A stretch of 64,000 nt of DNA, from assembly GCA_027339965.1 (NCBI GenBank), contig DAHWNL010000015.1, forward strand, positions 32,001 to 96,000, read 5' to 3'. Origin of the DNA: Granulicella sp. GTDB taxonomy: Bacteria > Acidobacteriota > Terriglobia > Terriglobales > Acidobacteriaceae. Position numbers and translations under genes: made by a program. Numbering within the stretch: the first letter of the stretch is position 1; each line of letters begins with the position of its first letter. The notes below the pieces were generated by a model that saw only the letters and a program-made list of their open reading frames with translations, was not told the origin of the DNA and did not search any database. Positions 1 to 10,124 of this stretch are shown here, piece after piece.

Positions 1-114
1 TGGCTCAGGTATGTTCGGTGTAGGTGTAGAGGGCACCATCGACTTCGATGGGCGTTTTCCATGACAATCGGGATCCACGGCGGGCTTGCCCGCTCCATTG
101 CCACCCACGCCGCC

Positions 115-1074
115 TCAATGGCACATCTTCGCCAACTGGTCCTCTGGTTCGTTGGCGTCGGGCAGATTGACGTTGCGAACTTGTGCCTCCAGTTCGAGCA
201 GCAGCCCTCCGCCCGGATAGGCCACCTTGGGATCGACGTTGTACGCTGGGTCCGACTCCGCCTGCGGCAGCGTGACAAACTCGAAACCTCGTTGCCGGAA
301 TAACGCAATCAGCCGGGGCAGCATCCTGGCGTCGAACGCTCCCACATGCAGCAGCAGCACATAAGGAATATCGCGCCCGTAGAGCTGGTGCGAGAGGGTC
401 CGCGAGTAGGTGACGAACTCATCGGCTGTAGCCAGATAACTGCTGGCCAGCGACTCGATTGCGGCATCGTCCTTCTTGACTGCGCAGCGCGCATAGGCGT
501 CGTTCCAAAGGTAATCGCCAAAGTCGATGGTGACCTCCGCAATCCGATAGTGATGGTCAATAAGATAAGAGCGCACCGCTTCGCGTTTGGCCACCGTATT
601 TCCCTCCTCCAGATAAGGGAAGCGGAACCAGCGCCAATCACCCTTAGGGTCCACCTTCTCCAGCAAGGGCTCGTTCTCGGCGATGTTGTGGATATACCTG
701 GCCGCAGATTCCTTGTCCAGCTCGGGATGCGACCAGGTGTGGTTTCCCAGAGCGTCTCCGGCAGCGATCCACTCCGTCAGCAGCTCGGTCTGGTAGGGGT
801 ACTCCGCCGTGCGGAACCCGTTCACAAAGCCGTAGGTCTGCGGCATGTGGTTCTCCCGGAGCACTTTGAGGATGGTCCGGATCGGCTCAGGCCGGTACTC
901 GCCGGGCGGCAGCGGCCCATGCGCCGGCAGGTCATCGAAGGTGAAGGCAACCTGCAGAGGAGCTGGCTTCGGGGTCTTTTGGGCCTGCAAGCCTCCGGGC
1001 CAAAGGGTCAGCAGAAACAGACTCCAAAAGGGGAAGAGAACCGGACGAAGGCTCTCGGGCAAGACAGACTTCAT
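115..1074 (-). CDS. Polysaccharide deacetylase (CE4/NodB family), exported
   Basis: TFDDLP, GNHTWSH, FRFPY and LLLH motifs; signal-peptide-like N-terminus; start taken at MKSVLP. Confidence 0.85.
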   Translation of the reverse strand: MKSVLPESLRPVLFPFWSLFLLTLWPGGLQAQKTPKPAPLQVAFTFDDLPAHGPLPPGEYRPEPIRTILKVLRENHMPQTYGFVNGFRTAEYPYQTELLTEWIAAGDALGNHTWSHPELDKESAARYIHNIAENEPLLEKVDPKGDWRWFRFPYLEEGNTVAKREAVRSYLIDHHYRIAEVTIDFGDYLWNDAYARCAVKKDDAAIESLASSYLATADEFVTYSRTLSHQLYGRDIPYVLLLHVGAFDARMLPRLIALFRQRGFEFVTLPQAESDPAYNVDPKVAYPGGGLLLELEAQVRNVNLPDANEPEDQLAKMCH

Positions 1075-1169
1075 CGATTCAGTGTAGCCTTCCGGCGCTT
1101 TGCAACGCTGTCTGCGGCGGCAAAGCGCCGGAGTTGCTGCGGTAGCGGGCCAGGCACTGACGGCGGCAG

Positions 1170-1217
1170 GGCTTGACAGCTCAGGCGCGGCCAAGGCCGC
1201 GCCTGAGCTGTCAAGCC
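1170..1217. terminator. Perfect 23-bp inverted repeat just downstream of rplT (terminator or stabilising hairpin)
   Basis: ggcttgacagctcaggcgcggcc-aa-ggccgcgcctgagctgtcaagcc; no clear U-tract. Confidence 0.55.
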
Positions 1218-1235
1218 GATGGAAAGAAAATTCGC

Positions 1236-1619
1236 TTAAGCCGCCTCGCGTGTTTTTTGGGCGGCCTCCAGCGCATCCTTGGCCGAGACTGCCAAGGCGG
1301 CAAAGCCCGCCGCGTCGTTGGCGGCGATATCGGCCAGCACCTTGCGGTCCAGGGAGATGCCCGCCTTCCGCAGGCCGTTGATGAAGGTGGAGTAACTCAT
1401 TCCGTTGAGCTTGCAGGCAGCATTGATGCGCACGATCCAGAGCGAACGGAACTGGCGCTTCTTCTGCTTGCGGCCGATGTAGGCAAACTTCAGGCCGCGT
1501 TCCACGGCCTCCTGCGCTGCCTGGTAAAGCTTGGATTTGGTCAGAAAATAGCCGCTGGCGCGCTTTAAAATCTTCTTTCGGCGGTCAGTGCGTTTGGTGC
1601 TCCGTTTGACACGGGCCAT
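1236..1619 (-). CDS. rplT: 50S ribosomal protein L20
   Basis: MARVKR...[16 protein letters not shown]...[18 protein letters not shown] upstream. Confidence 0.98.
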   Translation of the reverse strand: MARVKRSTKRTDRRKKILKRASGYFLTKSKLYQAAQEAVERGLKFAYIGRKQKKRQFRSLWIVRINAACKLNGMSYSTFINGLRKAGISLDRKVLADIAANDAAGFAALAVSAKDALEAAQKTREAA

Positions 1620-1865
1620 GGTGGATCTCCTTTTTTTGTCAGCGCCGCTGGTCTTGCGGGGTCGCTGGTGTTGCTTGCGTCCGAGGGCCGCTTATGATTT
1701 GCTCGGCTTTTTGCTTTTAGCCAGGCTGGAGGTAAGGTTGACCTCTTCACACAGGCTTGCTGCTTCGAATCTCAGTGGGCTCGATCCCGATCCCAGAGGC
1801 CTGTACGCTTGGCGGCCCTTCGCTTCTTCACGGCTCGATTCGAAAACTCCATCTGCTGCAACGCC

Positions 1866-2063
1866 TCAGGCGTAGGGCAGCATGCGTGCGACCTTGGGCG
1901 CATCCGCCTCGGAGACGAGTACGATCCGGCCCAGTTTGGACTTGGTCTGGTTCGACTTTGAGGTGAGGATGTGACGCATCTTCGTCTGACCGCGTTTGAA
2001 TTTGCCCGTAGCGGTCTTCTTGAAGCGCTTGGCTGCGCCCGAGTGGGTTTTTAGCTTTGGCAT
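1866..2063 (-). CDS. rpmI: 50S ribosomal protein L35
   Basis: [21 protein letters not shown]...RMLPYA. Confidence 0.97.
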   Translation of the reverse strand: MPKLKTHSGAAKRFKKTATGKFKRGQTKMRHILTSKSNQTKSKLGRIVLVSEADAPKVARMLPYA

Positions 2064-2068
2064 GATGG

Positions 2069-2143
2069 TTCCTGGAGATTCCTGCAAGATCTTAGTAGAT
2101 TTCTGGAAAATCCCGGAAAGTTCCTGAAAATTCCTGTAGGAAT
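2069..2143. repeat. Degenerate ~10-bp tandem repeat (TTCCTGGAAA-like, ~7 units) upstream of rpmI
   Basis: Units such as ttcctggaga, ttcctgcaag, ttctggaaaa, tcccggaaag, ttcctgaaaa, ttcctgtagg. Confidence 0.6.
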
Positions 2144-2204
2144 CGTGCTATTGGACAACGCTATTCAGAATACCATGTTTCGCCCAGAATCCCTGATTTT
2201 CCTG

Positions 2205-2858
2205 CTAGCTTGAAGCGGCATCGCGTAGGCCGGCCGCCGCCGCCCGTTCGTGGGGCTGGGCGATCCGCACCGTCGCCATGCCTGCGGCTTTGGCGGCCTG
2301 AATGCCGATCTCGGCGTCCTCAAAGACCAGGCAGTGCTCGGGCGCAACCCCCAGACGCTGCGCAGCCAGCAAAAACGGGTCCGGCGCCGGCTTGGAACGG
2401 GCATATTCGCCCGCGCAGACCAGAGTGTCAAACAGATGCAGAATCTTCAGCGCCTCCAGCGACCGCACCACCGACTCGCGCGTGCTGCCGGAGACCACGG
2501 CGAACGGAATCCGGCCGTGCTGGAGGTGAATCTGCTCCAAAACCTCCGGTACGGGCTGGAGCTGGTCGATCCATTCATAGTAAAGGCTCTCCTTTCGGTG
2601 GCTGAACTCCGCAATTGGGATGCTAAGCCCATCGCGACGGTTGAGTTCGGCGACAATGGCTGCCACCGGCCTTCCACCCCAGGCGTAGAAGAGATCCTCG
2701 GTAAAGGAGGTGCAGCCGTACTCCTTCAGCGCCTGGGTCCAGGCGATGAAGTGAATCGGCATGGAGTCGGCGATGGTGCCGTCGCAGTCGAAGAGATAGG
2801 CTCGGAAGTCGCCCTCGGGCAGAGTCAGCAGCATACCTGTCCAGTCTACCTGCCGCAT
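2205..2858 (-). CDS. HAD-superfamily phosphatase (YqaB/beta-PGM-like)
   Basis: FDCDGT, KPAPDPF and VFEDA motifs. Confidence 0.9.
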   Translation of the reverse strand: MRQVDWTGMLLTLPEGDFRAYLFDCDGTIADSMPIHFIAWTQALKEYGCTSFTEDLFYAWGGRPVAAIVAELNRRDGLSIPIAEFSHRKESLYYEWIDQLQPVPEVLEQIHLQHGRIPFAVVSGSTRESVVRSLEALKILHLFDTLVCAGEYARSKPAPDPFLLAAQRLGVAPEHCLVFEDAEIGIQAAKAAGMATVRIAQPHERAAAAGLRDAASS

Positions 2859-2878
2859 ACCGGACTCACTTCCCTCGG

Positions 2879-5071
2879 CTACTCCTCCAGCTCCTCCACC
2901 GGGCGCTTGGAGTTGGCGATGATCTTGTCCGCGATGGCGCCGGGGACAAAGTCGTAGTGATCCATCTCCATGCGGAAGCTGCCTTCGCCGCGAGTCATCG
3001 AGGTCAGGGTGGTTCCGTAGCTCAGCATCTCGGCCAGCGGCACCTGCGCGCTCACCACGGCGCGTTGACCCTGCGTCTCCATGCCCTGCACTCGGCCCCG
3101 GCGACTGTTCAGGTCGCCCACCACGGCTCCGGCGGCCGCGTCGGGGATGTCGATCTCCACGCGCATGATGGGCTCCAGCAGCGCCGGCCGGGCCTGCTCC
3201 ATGCATGCCCGGAACGCGAGACGGCCGGCAATCTTGAAGGCCATCTCGCTGGAATCCACCTCGTGGAAGCTGCCGTCAAAGACCGTGGCGCGGAAGTCCA
3301 CCATCGGATAGCCGGCCAGGTAACCACGCATGGCCGTCTCCTGAATCCCCTTTTCGATGGCCGGGACGAACTGGCGGGGGATGGCTCCGCCGAAGATATC
3401 GTTGATGAACTCAAAGCCGGCGCCGCGCGGCAACGGCTCCATGCGGATCTTGCAGTCGCCGAACTGGCCGTGGCCGCCGCTCTGCTTCTTGTGCCGGCCG
3501 TGGCCGGTCGCCGCGGCGCGGATGGTCTCCCGGTAGGGGACTTTGGGGCTCTTGAGCGTTACCTCGGTGTGGTAGCGGCGGCGCAGCTTGGAAACCACCG
3601 CTTCGATGTGCATCTGTCCGGCGCCGGCCAGCAGAAAGTCGTTGGTCTGGGGGTCGCGGTAGAAGCGCAATAGCAGGTCCTCTTCCATCAGCTTGTGCAG
3701 CGCGGGCGCCAGCTTGTCCTCATCCGCGCGCGATTTGGGCTCGATCGCATAGGTCATCGCCGGCTCCGGCGCGGGTACGGCATCGATGCGCAGATCGTGG
3801 CCCTTAACTCCCAGCGTGTCGCCCGTCTGGGTGACGCGCAGCTTGGCCACTACGCCCAGATCGCCGGCGTGCAACTCGGCCACCTCCACCAGCTTCCGGC
3901 CCTGCATCACGCCGACATGGGTCAGGCGCTCCGTCTCTCCACGGTTGTAGTTCTCCATTGAGATCTCATTGCGAATGCAGCCGCTGATCACTTTGAAGAA
4001 AGAGATGCGGCCGGCAAACGGATCCACCAGGGTCTTGTAGACGAAGAGGGTCGCGGGCTGGGCGTCGTCGACCGAGCACAGGATGGTGTCGTCACCGCTC
4101 TCGGTCTGGGCTCCGGCAACAGCCTCCGACGCCCCAGCCGAGGCGCCGCTCCCGCCGGCCTTGCCGTTCCCGCGCGACAGCGCCCCGCGCAGCGTGTGCG
4201 CCGCGATCGGCGGGCGTTCATGCGGGGACGGCACGTACACTTCGATAAAGTCCAGCAGGTGATCCGTGGCCACATTGGACAGGGCGCTGGTGTACAGGAT
4301 GGGGAAGATGCGGTCCTCACGGATGGCCTCATGGATCGCCTGCACCAGGTGCTCCTGGGGAATTGTACCCACGGCGAAGAACTCCTCCATCAGTTCGTCC
4401 TTGCCCTCAGCCACCAGCTCCACCAGAGCCTCATGCGCTGCCTTGGCCTGGGCTTCCAGTTCGGCGGGAATGGGGCCGCGGACGCCGATGCCATCGCTGC
4501 GCGGGGTATAAAGGAATGCCTCCATCGTCACCAGATCCACCACTCCATGGAAGCCCTGCTGGGCAACGATGGGAAGCTGCACCGGAATCACCTGACGGCC
4601 AAATCGCTCGCGCAGCCCTTCCACCAGCAGATCGCGCTCGGCCTTGGAGGCCGTCCTGGCATGATCTGCCTGGTTAATCACCAGCACGCGCGGCAGGTTC
4701 ATCTCCTCCGCGTACTTCCACACCGTGCTCGTGACGCTTTCGACGCCGTTCTGGGCGTTGATCACCACCACAGCCGCTTCGGCGGGGACCATGGCCGCCA
4801 GAGCTTCATAGACGAAAAGATGGAAGCCAGGCGTATCGATCAGGTTGATGCGCGTTCCGTGCCACTCTGCAAAGGCTACGGCGTTGGACATGGTCATGCC
4901 CCGGGCAATCTCTTCTTCGTCGTAGGCGGTCACCGCCCCGCCATTGTCGGTGGGCGTGCGGGCCGTCTTGAGCATCGCGGAGATCAGAGCGGTCTTGCCA
5001 CAGTGTGAGTGCCCGACGAGCGCAATGTTGCGGATATCTGAACTGGCATAACTCTTCATCCCCATCCCCAT
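2879..5071 (-). CDS. Elongation factor G paralogue (EF-G2/FusA2-like)
   Basis: GHSHCGKT, IDTPG, KKQSGGHGQFG, HEVDSSEMAFK and LLEPIM motifs; non-canonical G motifs. Confidence 0.93.
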   Translation of the reverse strand: MGMGMKSYASSDIRNIALVGHSHCGKTALISAMLKTARTPTDNGGAVTAYDEEEIARGMTMSNAVAFAEWHGTRINLIDTPGFHLFVYEALAAMVPAEAAVVVINAQNGVESVTSTVWKYAEEMNLPRVLVINQADHARTASKAERDLLVEGLRERFGRQVIPVQLPIVAQQGFHGVVDLVTMEAFLYTPRSDGIGVRGPIPAELEAQAKAAHEALVELVAEGKDELMEEFFAVGTIPQEHLVQAIHEAIREDRIFPILYTSALSNVATDHLLDFIEVYVPSPHERPPIAAHTLRGALSRGNGKAGGSGASAGASEAVAGAQTESGDDTILCSVDDAQPATLFVYKTLVDPFAGRISFFKVISGCIRNEISMENYNRGETERLTHVGVMQGRKLVEVAELHAGDLGVVAKLRVTQTGDTLGVKGHDLRIDAVPAPEPAMTYAIEPKSRADEDKLAPALHKLMEEDLLLRFYRDPQTNDFLLAGAGQMHIEAVVSKLRRRYHTEVTLKSPKVPYRETIRAAATGHGRHKKQSGGHGQFGDCKIRMEPLPRGAGFEFINDIFGGAIPRQFVPAIEKGIQETAMRGYLAGYPMVDFRATVFDGSFHEVDSSEMAFKIAGRLAFRACMEQARPALLEPIMRVEIDIPDAAAGAVVGDLNSRRGRVQGMETQGQRAVVSAQVPLAEMLSYGTTLTSMTRGEGSFRMEMDHYDFVPGAIADKIIANSKRPVEELEE

Positions 5072-5231
5072 CTCCTTGGCAACGTTCGCTCAGACGCTTC
5101 CGAATGGTCAGCGGCGGAGGCGGTCGCTGCCAACGTTCTCGGAAGACCCATCGTCAACCACGCCATTCTAGATCGCAAATCGCCGGATTGCAGTGCCGCC
5201 TTCTTTGCATGCCCGGCGACGGCTCTTCTGC

Positions 5232-5822
5232 CTATCGGGCCTGCGGCGAAGGCGAAGCGAAGCTGGAAGAAGGCGCGGAGCCGGAAGAGGGGTCTTGGGC
5301 GGAAGCCGGAGCCGAGTCGGCCACGCCGGCCAGAATGTCCCGCAAGCTGTGCAGTTGCGCCGGACTCATCAGCACCACGGCATCCTTACCGCAGTCGGCG
5401 GCAAAGGCGCCACGCCCTTTCAGGAAGGGAGGCACAGTGTCACCCCCCCGCCAGCGCACCCGCCAATCCCCGTTGGGCTCCCGGGAGAGAACGGTAAGCC
5501 TGCCCCCGGGCTGCTTGGCGTCGGCCATGTAGTCGGGTTCGAAGGCACAGGTTCTGACTCCATTCACCGGCTGCCCCATGGACCGGATCTGGCGTACAAC
5601 GAACCCCGTGGAGAGGGGATTCTGCGCCCACTCGGCGATGTTGGCGTCCCCGGGGGCGAGACGGAGAACATCTCCGGCGCGCAGCGGCCAGGGAGGAACC
5701 GCTGCCTTGGGATGATTGAGATCCCCGCCCCAACGGAACCACCACACGCCTGCGGCAACGGCCAGGATGGCGGGAATGAGAGTGCGGAAGATCAACAGCG
5801 GTCCAGGGCGCCGGGTAGACAT
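5232..5822 (-). CDS. Hypothetical membrane-anchored protein
   Basis: N-terminal TM segment; fits between flanking genes. Confidence 0.55.
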   Translation of the reverse strand: MSTRRPGPLLIFRTLIPAILAVAAGVWWFRWGGDLNHPKAAVPPWPLRAGDVLRLAPGDANIAEWAQNPLSTGFVVRQIRSMGQPVNGVRTCAFEPDYMADAKQPGGRLTVLSREPNGDWRVRWRGGDTVPPFLKGRGAFAADCGKDAVVLMSPAQLHSLRDILAGVADSAPASAQDPSSGSAPSSSFASPSPQAR

Positions 5823-5916
5823 GCTCCCGTCGAGGATATCGCAGGGACCCGTCCGGGTGTTGCGCTGCGACGCCGAACATCACGGCTCGGCCAAACGCCA
5901 ATGCCGGCCCTTTGGC

Positions 5917-6372
5917 TCAGGCGTAGATTGCTGCCTCAAACTGCTCTATTAATGCCTGATTCCACTGGTGAGTATGCCTTCGCCAACTCTCGCCTTGTTC
6001 CTGAAGGTAGTTGGGGAAGTCGCTTCTGCAGAAGCTGAGCCGGGCGGCAAAGTCAACGAACGCCTGAGCGGCGCCGTCGATGTAGAGCACGCACTGCTCT
6101 CCGGAGCGCGACCACTGGATGCTGGCCAAGCGCTGCCTCTCCGGCTCAGGCAGGAAGGAGCGGTTGTAGATCAGCATGGCATCCAGCACACTTTGTTCCG
6201 AAACCTCTTGCCCACCCGGCTCCAGAACTCCGTGTACTCGCGGTTGCCGGGAGCGATCGCAGGCGTAAAGATAGCCTGCCGGCCCCTCGTCCTCAAAGAT
6301 CGCCGTCCAGGGAGCCAGCGGGGAGTCGGAGCAGAGAAAGGCGCGGCCCGCCGTAAAGGTAAGAGAGTCCAT
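5917..6372 (-). CDS. DUF2251-like protein
   Basis: IFEDEGPAGYLYA...DAMLIYN...FCRSDFP pattern. Confidence 0.7.
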   Translation of the reverse strand: MDSLTFTAGRAFLCSDSPLAPWTAIFEDEGPAGYLYACDRSRQPRVHGVLEPGGQEVSEQSVLDAMLIYNRSFLPEPERQRLASIQWSRSGEQCVLYIDGAAQAFVDFAARLSFCRSDFPNYLQEQGESWRRHTHQWNQALIEQFEAAIYA

Positions 6373-6585
6373 TCTTCCCAAGTGTAGCGGAGCGGTCCTT
6401 GGCTGCAACTCCAAAACCGGGGAAGCGCAGCCGGGGGGAGGCAAGGCCGCCCAAGCGAAGCAGTTCTGCGTCTCGTTGCCTGCACAGCTACCTGGCCGGC
6501 CACTCCACAAAGCAAGAGCCTACTTCGACCACCTGCGCCGGTCGGCAGGGTCCTTCCTTCGCAATCCGATACACTTGCTCAAAGA

Positions 6586-7791
6586 ATGAGATTGCGTGGG
6601 TTCTCCATCGAGCGGCCGCAACGAGTCGCTGCGCTGCTCCTGCTGGTTCTCCTCGGCCAGTGCCTGTGGACCATCGGTCACCAGCCTTTGGACGCCAACG
6701 ACTTCCGCTACGCTCGCTGCGGGCGAGAGATGTGGGAGCGTCCGTCCATCCTGCAGGGCTACTTCACCACCTGCGGCAACATGAACGGTGACGGCGTGCT
6801 GGCCTACCGGCTGGCCGGCTTTCCTCTCACCGCGCAGCGGGTTCTGTTGCTGAGCATCGACCACCTTCGCAAGCCGGCCGACCGGCTTTACGCCAACGGC
6901 AGCCTCAACGGCACCACCTGGGAGGCGCGCCACGAACTCAGCTTCGTCAAATATCTGCTGCGTCTGCCCTTTGTCCTGTTTGCGGTATGGCTGGGAGGAG
7001 GGTTGTGGTGGGTGGCCAAACGACTGTTTGGCCCCGAGGGCGGAGCGTTCGCCTTGGCTCTTTATGTCTTTTGCCCCACCGTCGTTCGGTACGCCACCCA
7101 TCCGAACAATGAAGTCCTCGCCATGTGGGGCCTCTACGGGCTCATCTATACGTCCATCGGCGTAGGCCACGCCCTGCAGGGGCCAAGCCGAAAGTGGCGG
7201 CCGCGGATCATCCTGCTGACCGTGGCTCTGGGACTGACCGCGGCCGCCCATCTGCTGGCCGGCATCGTGGGATTCCTGGCCGGGATGGCGTTCTTCTTCT
7301 ATACCGCGGACCGGCGGCGCTCTCACGTCTCTCAGATCATGGTCTACGCCGCCATGGGCGCCATGCTGATCGTCTTTGCCGGCTTCAGCTTCAAGCTCTC
7401 AGCCTTTCTCTACGTCTTTATCGGCGGCAGCGCGCGAAGCTGGTTTGGACTCTTCGCGATGCATCGGTTTCTCACCCGACCGGCCAACGCCGGCATCGTC
7501 GTGGCCGCTGCGGTGGCGCTGGTGGTGTATCTGCGCAGCCGGCGCAGCCGATATTTTGGCAATACCGCGCCGATGCTCATGGCGTTGCTGCTGTTTCCGC
7601 TCTACACCACCCAGGTGGTGAGCGCGCCGTGGCTGTGGGCTTTGCCTTTTCTGTTCACCTTTATCGGTGGGGTCTTTGCCGACGCTCTGGAGAGCAAGCA
7701 GCGCAGACTGTTTCTCCTGCTCACCGTGGGCGTGGTGATCACCCAGGCTGCGCTATGCTGGGCCTCCATGGCCGGAGCCTTGTCCGGCTGA
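6586..7791 (+). CDS. GT-C (ArnT/PMT-like) membrane glycosyltransferase
   Basis: Polytopic membrane protein with an ArnT-like layout. Confidence 0.65.
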   Translation: MRLRGFSIERPQRVAALLLLVLLGQCLWTIGHQPLDANDFRYARCGREMWERPSILQGYFTTCGNMNGDGVLAYRLAGFPLTAQRVLLLSIDHLRKPADRLYANGSLNGTTWEARHELSFVKYLLRLPFVLFAVWLGGGLWWVAKRLFGPEGGAFALALYVFCPTVVRYATHPNNEVLAMWGLYGLIYTSIGVGHALQGPSRKWRPRIILLTVALGLTAAAHLLAGIVGFLAGMAFFFYTADRRRSHVSQIMVYAAMGAMLIVFAGFSFKLSAFLYVFIGGSARSWFGLFAMHRFLTRPANAGIVVAAAVALVVYLRSRRSRYFGNTAPMLMALLLFPLYTTQVVSAPWLWALPFLFTFIGGVFADALESKQRRLFLLLTVGVVITQAALCWASMAGALSG

Positions 7792-7946
7792 ACTGCGGAA
7801 GCAAAGCAGTGCGCCAACCGCCGCCTCTTGCCTGGCGCTTCACGTCAGGCTCCGTGGCATGCCGCCGATTGCCACTGGACCCTCACGGTCGGCACCGCCT
7901 CCCTCGTGTAGGCTTTCCTTACAGGGCTCGGCGGCCACTCCGCGAT

Positions 7947-9950
7947 ATGAACCTTCCTCCATCTGTTCTCCCCTGGGGTCATCTCCGCCGCATTGCGGCG
8001 GTTGGGCTCTGCGCCTGCGTTCTGGTGGCCATCTTCGGCTGCAGGGGGAGCGTCAAGGGATTCACCGCGCGCCTGCATCCGCGCCGGGCTACTTCGCCGC
8101 CCAACACCACGGACTACGCCGAGGAACTGGAGCGCCTGCTGCATGCCCCCACACTCGCCCAGTTGCGCTGGCCGGACTATTCCGCCGAGCAGGCCGCGGT
8201 GCAGAAGTTCTATGCGGACCGCGACCATGAATTGGCCTGGACGCGCGGCGGCCGACCGACTCCCTCAGCTCTGGTGATGCTCCATCAGTTTGAAGACGCC
8301 GCCGACAAGGGGCTGAACCCTGAGGACTACGATGCCTCGGATGGAACCGAGGGGCGTTGGGCGGATCGCCTCCAGCATTTGGCGCTGACCGCCCGCACAG
8401 GAGATGACTCCGCTTCCGCTCAGGATGCTATCGCCGGCTTTGATCTGGCCCTGACCATCTGCAGCGTGCGTTATCTGGAGGACCTGCACGCCGGGCGAAT
8501 CAATCCTGAGACGTTGAACTTCGATATCGATGTTCCTGAGAAGCGAGCAGCCTTCGATGTGGCAACACTGCTCAACGATCGCGTAGTTGACGCCTCTGAC
8601 ATTCCCTCGGTCATCCGGAGCGTGGAGCCCCAAAATCCGCTCTACCTGCGGACCGAGGAGGCGCTGGGAAACTATCGCCTGCTGGCCATGGAGGAAAGCG
8701 CAGCGCCGCCGCTTCCGCTGCCGGCCCTGCCTGCGGGCGCGCGGCCAGTGGGCATCGGAGGATGGTACGCCGCACTGCCGCGGCTGTGGGCTCGACTCCG
8801 GTTCCTTGGCGACACCCAGTCCAACTCCCAAGCCAACTCCCCGTCCAGATCTCAGTCCACATCTCAGACCAGCTCGAAGGTCAAAGGCAGCTCGGCCCCG
8901 GATGCCCGTCCGCAACCAACCGTCCCCGACGCCAGATCCTCCGCTTCGGGTGATTCTGTGGCCAGTTCGGCAAGCCGTCCTCCGCGGAGCTACACGCTGC
9001 AGGTGGCTCTGGCGGTCAAGCTCTACCAGAAGCAACACGGTCTGCAGCCCGATGGGCGGCTTGGTCCCGCCACCATCGCCAGCCTGAACACTCCCATGAG
9101 CGTGCGCGTGCAACAGTTGAACGACGCTCTGGAGCGCTGGCGGTGGCTGCCGCAGAACTATCTTCAGCCACGGTTGCTGGTGAACCTTCCCGAGTTCATG
9201 GTGCGCGTCTACGCCCCGGACAACACGCTGGCCTTCAAAATGAAGGTGGTGACCGGTGAGGCCAAAGACCACCACGCAACACCCATGTTTGTCCGGCTGA
9301 TGCGCTACGTGGTCTTCCGGCCCTACTGGAATCTGCCTCCCTCCATCATCCGCAAGGATCTTGTTCCGAATGTGAAGAAGAAGGGGCTGAAGTACCTTGC
9401 CGCCAACGACTACCAGCTCTACCGCGGCAATGGCGCGGTGGTCACTCGCTTCACCCTCCACGATCTGGAGCATCTGCGCTACAACGTGCGCCAGTTGCCG
9501 GGGCCAAAGAATGCCCTGGGACTGGTCAAGTTTCTCTTTCCCAACGCCTATGACGTCTACATGCACTCCACACCGGAGCTGAACCTCTTCAGCCTTACTC
9601 GCCGCGACCGTTCGCATGGCTGCGTCCGTCTGCAAAATGCCGCCCAGATGGCGCTGTGGGTGCTGCAAGGCGACGAGAAGGATCCGGATCAGCCCAGCGG
9701 GTGGGACGCCGACAAGATCGATCTGGCGATGACCGGGCCGCTGAACAATCGCACCGTCAATCTGCGCACGCCGCTTCCCGTGGTGATAGGGTACTTTACC
9801 GCGCTGCCGGATGAGGATGGCACCATCCACTTCTTTGACGACCTCTACGGCTACGACAAAGACCTGGAAGCCGCCCTGGCCAAGGGACGGCCTTATGAAC
9901 ACGCGGAGACGCCGATCCACACGATGCTTGCGCCCGGCGAGACCGAGTAG
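7947..9950 (+). CDS. L,D-transpeptidase (YcbB/LdtD-like, scaffold + PG-binding + YkuD)
   Basis: YMHSTP...SHGCVRL catalytic motif; AVKLYQKQHGL PG-binding motif; NALGLVKFLFPN. Confidence 0.92.
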   Translation: MNLPPSVLPWGHLRRIAAVGLCACVLVAIFGCRGSVKGFTARLHPRRATSPPNTTDYAEELERLLHAPTLAQLRWPDYSAEQAAVQKFYADRDHELAWTRGGRPTPSALVMLHQFEDAADKGLNPEDYDASDGTEGRWADRLQHLALTARTGDDSASAQDAIAGFDLALTICSVRYLEDLHAGRINPETLNFDIDVPEKRAAFDVATLLNDRVVDASDIPSVIRSVEPQNPLYLRTEEALGNYRLLAMEESAAPPLPLPALPAGARPVGIGGWYAALPRLWARLRFLGDTQSNSQANSPSRSQSTSQTSSKVKGSSAPDARPQPTVPDARSSASGDSVASSASRPPRSYTLQVALAVKLYQKQHGLQPDGRLGPATIASLNTPMSVRVQQLNDALERWRWLPQNYLQPRLLVNLPEFMVRVYAPDNTLAFKMKVVTGEAKDHHATPMFVRLMRYVVFRPYWNLPPSIIRKDLVPNVKKKGLKYLAANDYQLYRGNGAVVTRFTLHDLEHLRYNVRQLPGPKNALGLVKFLFPNAYDVYMHSTPELNLFSLTRRDRSHGCVRLQNAAQMALWVLQGDEKDPDQPSGWDADKIDLAMTGPLNNRTVNLRTPLPVVIGYFTALPDEDGTIHFFDDLYGYDKDLEAALAKGRPYEHAETPIHTMLAPGETE

Positions 9951-10124
9951 CGCTGCGCCGGCCGCGGCCGATCTAGGGCGAGACCTCCAGAATGCGGACG
10001 CGCGGATGCGGCGAACATCCTGGAAATGGGCAAAGGCGGCCGGGGATCCAGACCGTTTTTCCCTGTTCCCTGTTCGATTATTCTCAACAAAGTGCAGCCA
10101 ACACAAAACGACGGGATGTGCGGC

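Noticed and set aside
7125..7946. N-terminal extension of the L,D-transpeptidase ORF
   Set aside because: Overlaps the glycosyltransferase gene; the signal/TM segment begins after 7947
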